From Deltaproteobacteria bacterium (lineage in GTDB: Bacteria > Desulfobacterota > Binatia > Binatales > Binataceae): a stretch of 64,000 bases of DNA. Position 1 is the stretch's first letter; every line of letters starts with the position of its first letter. The translations under genes and the position numbers were made by a program. A model generated the notes under the pieces. The model had not been told where the DNA came from, searched no databases, and was given only the letters and a program-made list of their open reading frames with translations. Of this stretch, positions 61,772 through 64,000 are shown piece after piece. The stretch is from contig JAJYRQ010000003.1 of NCBI GenBank assembly GCA_021794015.1, positions 54,900 to 118,899 of the forward strand, written 5' to 3'.

Positions 61772-63688
61772 ATGTCCCTCAACTTCGCCATTCTCATCAA
61801 GGCGGTTGACGAGGCCACCGGCGTCATCGGCAAGGTCAACGGCGCGCTGGAGAACGTCAGCCGCGCCGCCGGCGGCTACGGCGAACGGCTCACGGCCGCC
61901 GGCGAGCAGATGACGCTGATGGGCGGCATCGCGCAAGCCGGCGCCGAGGGCCTGATGCGCGGCGTGGAAAAGGTAATCGAGCCGGCCACTGCGATGCAGG
62001 AACGGCTCGCCGCGCTCTCGGCACAGACGTCGCTTACCGCGGCGCAGCTTGGCCGCGTGCATGAGCACGCGGAGAAGTTCTCCGAGTCGGCGGCCGGATA
62101 CGCAGTGTCCGCCGAGGACTACGTTGGCGTCTTCTCCGCCGCCTACCGCACGCTGGGCGATTTCACCGAGGCGCAGCAGGCCGCCGACGAGGCGGTCAAG
62201 CTGAGCGCAGTGACCGGCATCAGCGCGGCCCAGGCGATGCAGACGCAGATTGCGATGCACGAGGACCTGGGTGCGTCCGCGCGGGAGACCAACCGCGTGC
62301 TGGGCGCGGTCATCCGCCAATACGCGCTGGGCCCCGAGTCGATGCGCAGCTTCACCTACGCGATGGCGCGCAGCGCCGGCGCGGCGCGGCTCACGCACAC
62401 CAGCATGAGCGAGCTGGGCGCGGTGATGGGAGAGGCGTCGCAGATGCTCCCCGGCGGTCGCGGCGCGCAGCTCTTCGCCTCGCTGCTCGCCGAGCTGCCG
62501 AAGGTCGCCAACAAGGCGGGACTCGATATGAGCCACGGGCTCATCGCCACGCTCGGGCAAATCCGCTCCGCGATCGCTGGCGCCGCGCCCGGGGCGCAGG
62601 CGCAGATGCTGCAGCAGATGGGCTTCGCGGGAGCACAGGGCACGATGCTGGTCACGCTGCTCGGCAATCTCGACAAGATTCAAGCGGCGCAGGCGAATAT
62701 CGCCGGCGCGCACTACGGCACCTTTGCCTCAGAGTTGGCCGCGCGCTCGGCGACGATGGCTGCCACGCAGGCGCGGCTCTGGAACGCCCTGGCCGCGCTC
62801 ATGGACGCCGCCGGCTCGACCGCGCTGCCGGCGCTCACGCGATGGGTGCAGATGCTCGCCTCCGGCCTGGTCAAGCTGCAGGGCTGGGTCGAGGGGCATA
62901 AGCGATTGGTCGGCGCGATGGTCGAGGCCGCCGCCGCGATCGCGCCGGTCACGCTGGGCGCGGCCTCCCTGCTGCTGACACTGGGTCCGATTTTGATTTT
63001 GCTCGGCGGCGTCTCCAAGGTCTTCAGTGCGCTGTCATATGTGCCCGCAATCTTCAGCGCGCTCAGCGCGGCGGTGAGCGGCGCGACCTGGGCGGTTGCC
63101 GGGCTGGCCACCGGGAGCGAGACGCTCGGCACCATCTGGGCGGCGATGATGGAGACCAACCCGATCGGGTGGATTCTCACCGCAGTCGCGGTCATCGGCG
63201 TTGCGGGCTACGAGCTGTACAAGCACTGGGACGCCGTGCGGGCGCTCTTCGCCCGCTTCTATCATTTCCTCGCCGCGCTCGACTGGAAGGTAATTGGGCT
63301 CCGCATCCTGCACGATCTGCTCGCCCCGATCGAGTGGGCGACGCACGGCATCGAACGGCTGCTCGGGATTCACAGCGCAGCGCCGCCCGCGCCGGGCGCA
63401 GTCGGCGCGGTCGCGGCGCTGGGTGAGGCGGGGACCTACACCGTGTCAGCGCCGCGGAGCGCGGCCGGGCGCCCCGGCGCCGGCGCGCAGCCCGCGCGCG
63501 TGGTGACGATTCACCACGCGCCGGCGGTCACCGTGCACGTCCACGGCGGAGACCCGGCCAACGTCCATCGCGCGGTGGTGGACGCGCTGCATGACCACGT
63601 CGACGAGATTCGCCGCGCAATCAAGCATCAAGACGAAATCGACGCGCGCGCGGCGTTCGCGCCCGCCGCGCCCGGGTGGGGCGCGTGA
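61772..63688 (+). CDS. Tail tape measure protein
   Basis: 638-aa Ala/Gly-rich ORF following the chaperone. The N-terminus reads MSLNFAILIKAVDEATGVIGKVNGAL. The hydrophobic C-terminal third is typical of TMPs. AGGAGCG lies upstream. Confidence 0.85.
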   Translation: MSLNFAILIKAVDEATGVIGKVNGALENVSRAAGGYGERLTAAGEQMTLMGGIAQAGAEGLMRGVEKVIEPATAMQERLAALSAQTSLTAAQLGRVHEHAEKFSESAAGYAVSAEDYVGVFSAAYRTLGDFTEAQQAADEAVKLSAVTGISAAQAMQTQIAMHEDLGASARETNRVLGAVIRQYALGPESMRSFTYAMARSAGAARLTHTSMSELGAVMGEASQMLPGGRGAQLFASLLAELPKVANKAGLDMSHGLIATLGQIRSAIAGAAPGAQAQMLQQMGFAGAQGTMLVTLLGNLDKIQAAQANIAGAHYGTFASELAARSATMAATQARLWNALAALMDAAGSTALPALTRWVQMLASGLVKLQGWVEGHKRLVGAMVEAAAAIAPVTLGAASLLLTLGPILILLGGVSKVFSALSYVPAIFSALSAAVSGATWAVAGLATGSETLGTIWAAMMETNPIGWILTAVAVIGVAGYELYKHWDAVRALFARFYHFLAALDWKVIGLRILHDLLAPIEWATHGIERLLGIHSAAPPAPGAVGAVAALGEAGTYTVSAPRSAAGRPGAGAQPARVVTIHHAPAVTVHVHGGDPANVHRAVVDALHDHVDEIRRAIKHQDEIDARAAFAPAAPGWGA

Positions 63689-64000
63689 TGAGACCCGTCG
63701 TCCCGTACTACGGCGGCAAGGCGTGCCAGGCCACGCGAATCGCGGCGCTGATGCCGCAGGCGCGGGTCTACCTCGAGGCCTACGGCGGCATGGCGTCGCT
63801 GATGCTCGCGCGCGAGCCGTCGCGGATCGAGGTCTACAACGATCTCGACGCCCGCCTCGTCAATCTGTTTCGCGTGCTGCGAGACCCGGCGGGCGCGCGG
63901 ATGCTGCGCGAGATGATCACGCACACTCCCCTTTCCCTCGCCGAGTACGCGCGCGCGTGGCGGCTGCTCGAAGACGCCGCGACGCCGGCGGTCGAGCGCG
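63688..64000 (+). CDS. DNA N6-adenine methyltransferase (D12/Dam class), N-terminal part, continues past window end
   Basis: Own translation: MRPVVPYYGGKACQATRIAALMPQARVYLEAYGGMASLMLAREPSRIEVYNDLDARLVNLFRVLRD... This fits the Y-x-G-G-K, E-x-[FY]-x-G and ND pattern of D12 methylases. The TGATG overlaps the TMP stop. Confidence 0.7.
   Translation, partial: MRPVVPYYGGKACQATRIAALMPQARVYLEAYGGMASLMLAREPSRIEVYNDLDARLVNLFRVLRDPAGARMLREMITHTPLSLAEYARAWRLLEDAATPAVER

Larger units (their letters stand above)
49046..64000 (+). mobile_element. Mu-like prophage head-tail module (probably a remnant; left boundary undefined, right end beyond window)
   Basis: A co-directional run of gpI-like protease, gpT-like major head, gp36-like, sheath, tube, frameshifted chaperone, tape measure and Dam methylase. 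Host genes lie immediately upstream, where portal and terminase would be expected. Confidence 0.8.

Noticed and set aside
61724-62713. Upstream ~330 codons of the 414-aa minus-strand ORF 61469..62713
   Set aside because: Antisense to the tape measure gene, with shadow-ORF composition. Only the 3' part lying outside the TMP gene (61469-61723) was kept, as a low-confidence small membrane ORF.

Overview
High-GC bacterial chromosomal segment; taxon not determinable by eye. From about 1-48.6 kb it carries host genes: an MFS transporter, a nitrilase, mmsA, a decayed SDR, and an epimerase. These are followed by a long minus-strand MoxR/DUF58/BatA/vWA (Bat-like) operon, cell-wall and housekeeping genes (mltG, ruvX, two M23 peptidases, pcm, apt, rmuC), and a Liv-type ABC transporter operon flanked by two adenylate-forming ligases. 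The host part ends with a CDF exporter, an Rrf2 regulator, a PAS protein, an AlkA-like glycosylase, feoAB behind a perfect Fur box, DUF488, archease, MFS and PiT transporters. From about 49.0 kb to the window end lies a Mu-like head-tail module: gpI protease/scaffold, gpT major head, gp36-like, sheath, tube, frameshifted chaperone, tape measure, Dam methylase. It has no portal or terminase upstream. The sheath and tube genes are split by a 3.9 kb insert that carries a lysis cassette and cargo ORFs. Nearly every intergenic spacer of this module is colonised by the same REP/MITE-like repeat families that also occur in host intergenic DNA. The best candidate for an undescribed system is a compact, AT-richer three-gene island at 6267-7712 (minus strand). 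It encodes a Zn-ribbon NUDIX hydrolase, a truncated ComF-like phosphoribosyltransferase and a small SLOG (DUF2493/YspA-like) protein, with overlapping gene ends. Second candidate: a 750-aa polytopic membrane-patatin fusion (21915-24167) next to an ~850-bp repeat array. All functional calls come from reading motifs by eye, not from searches.
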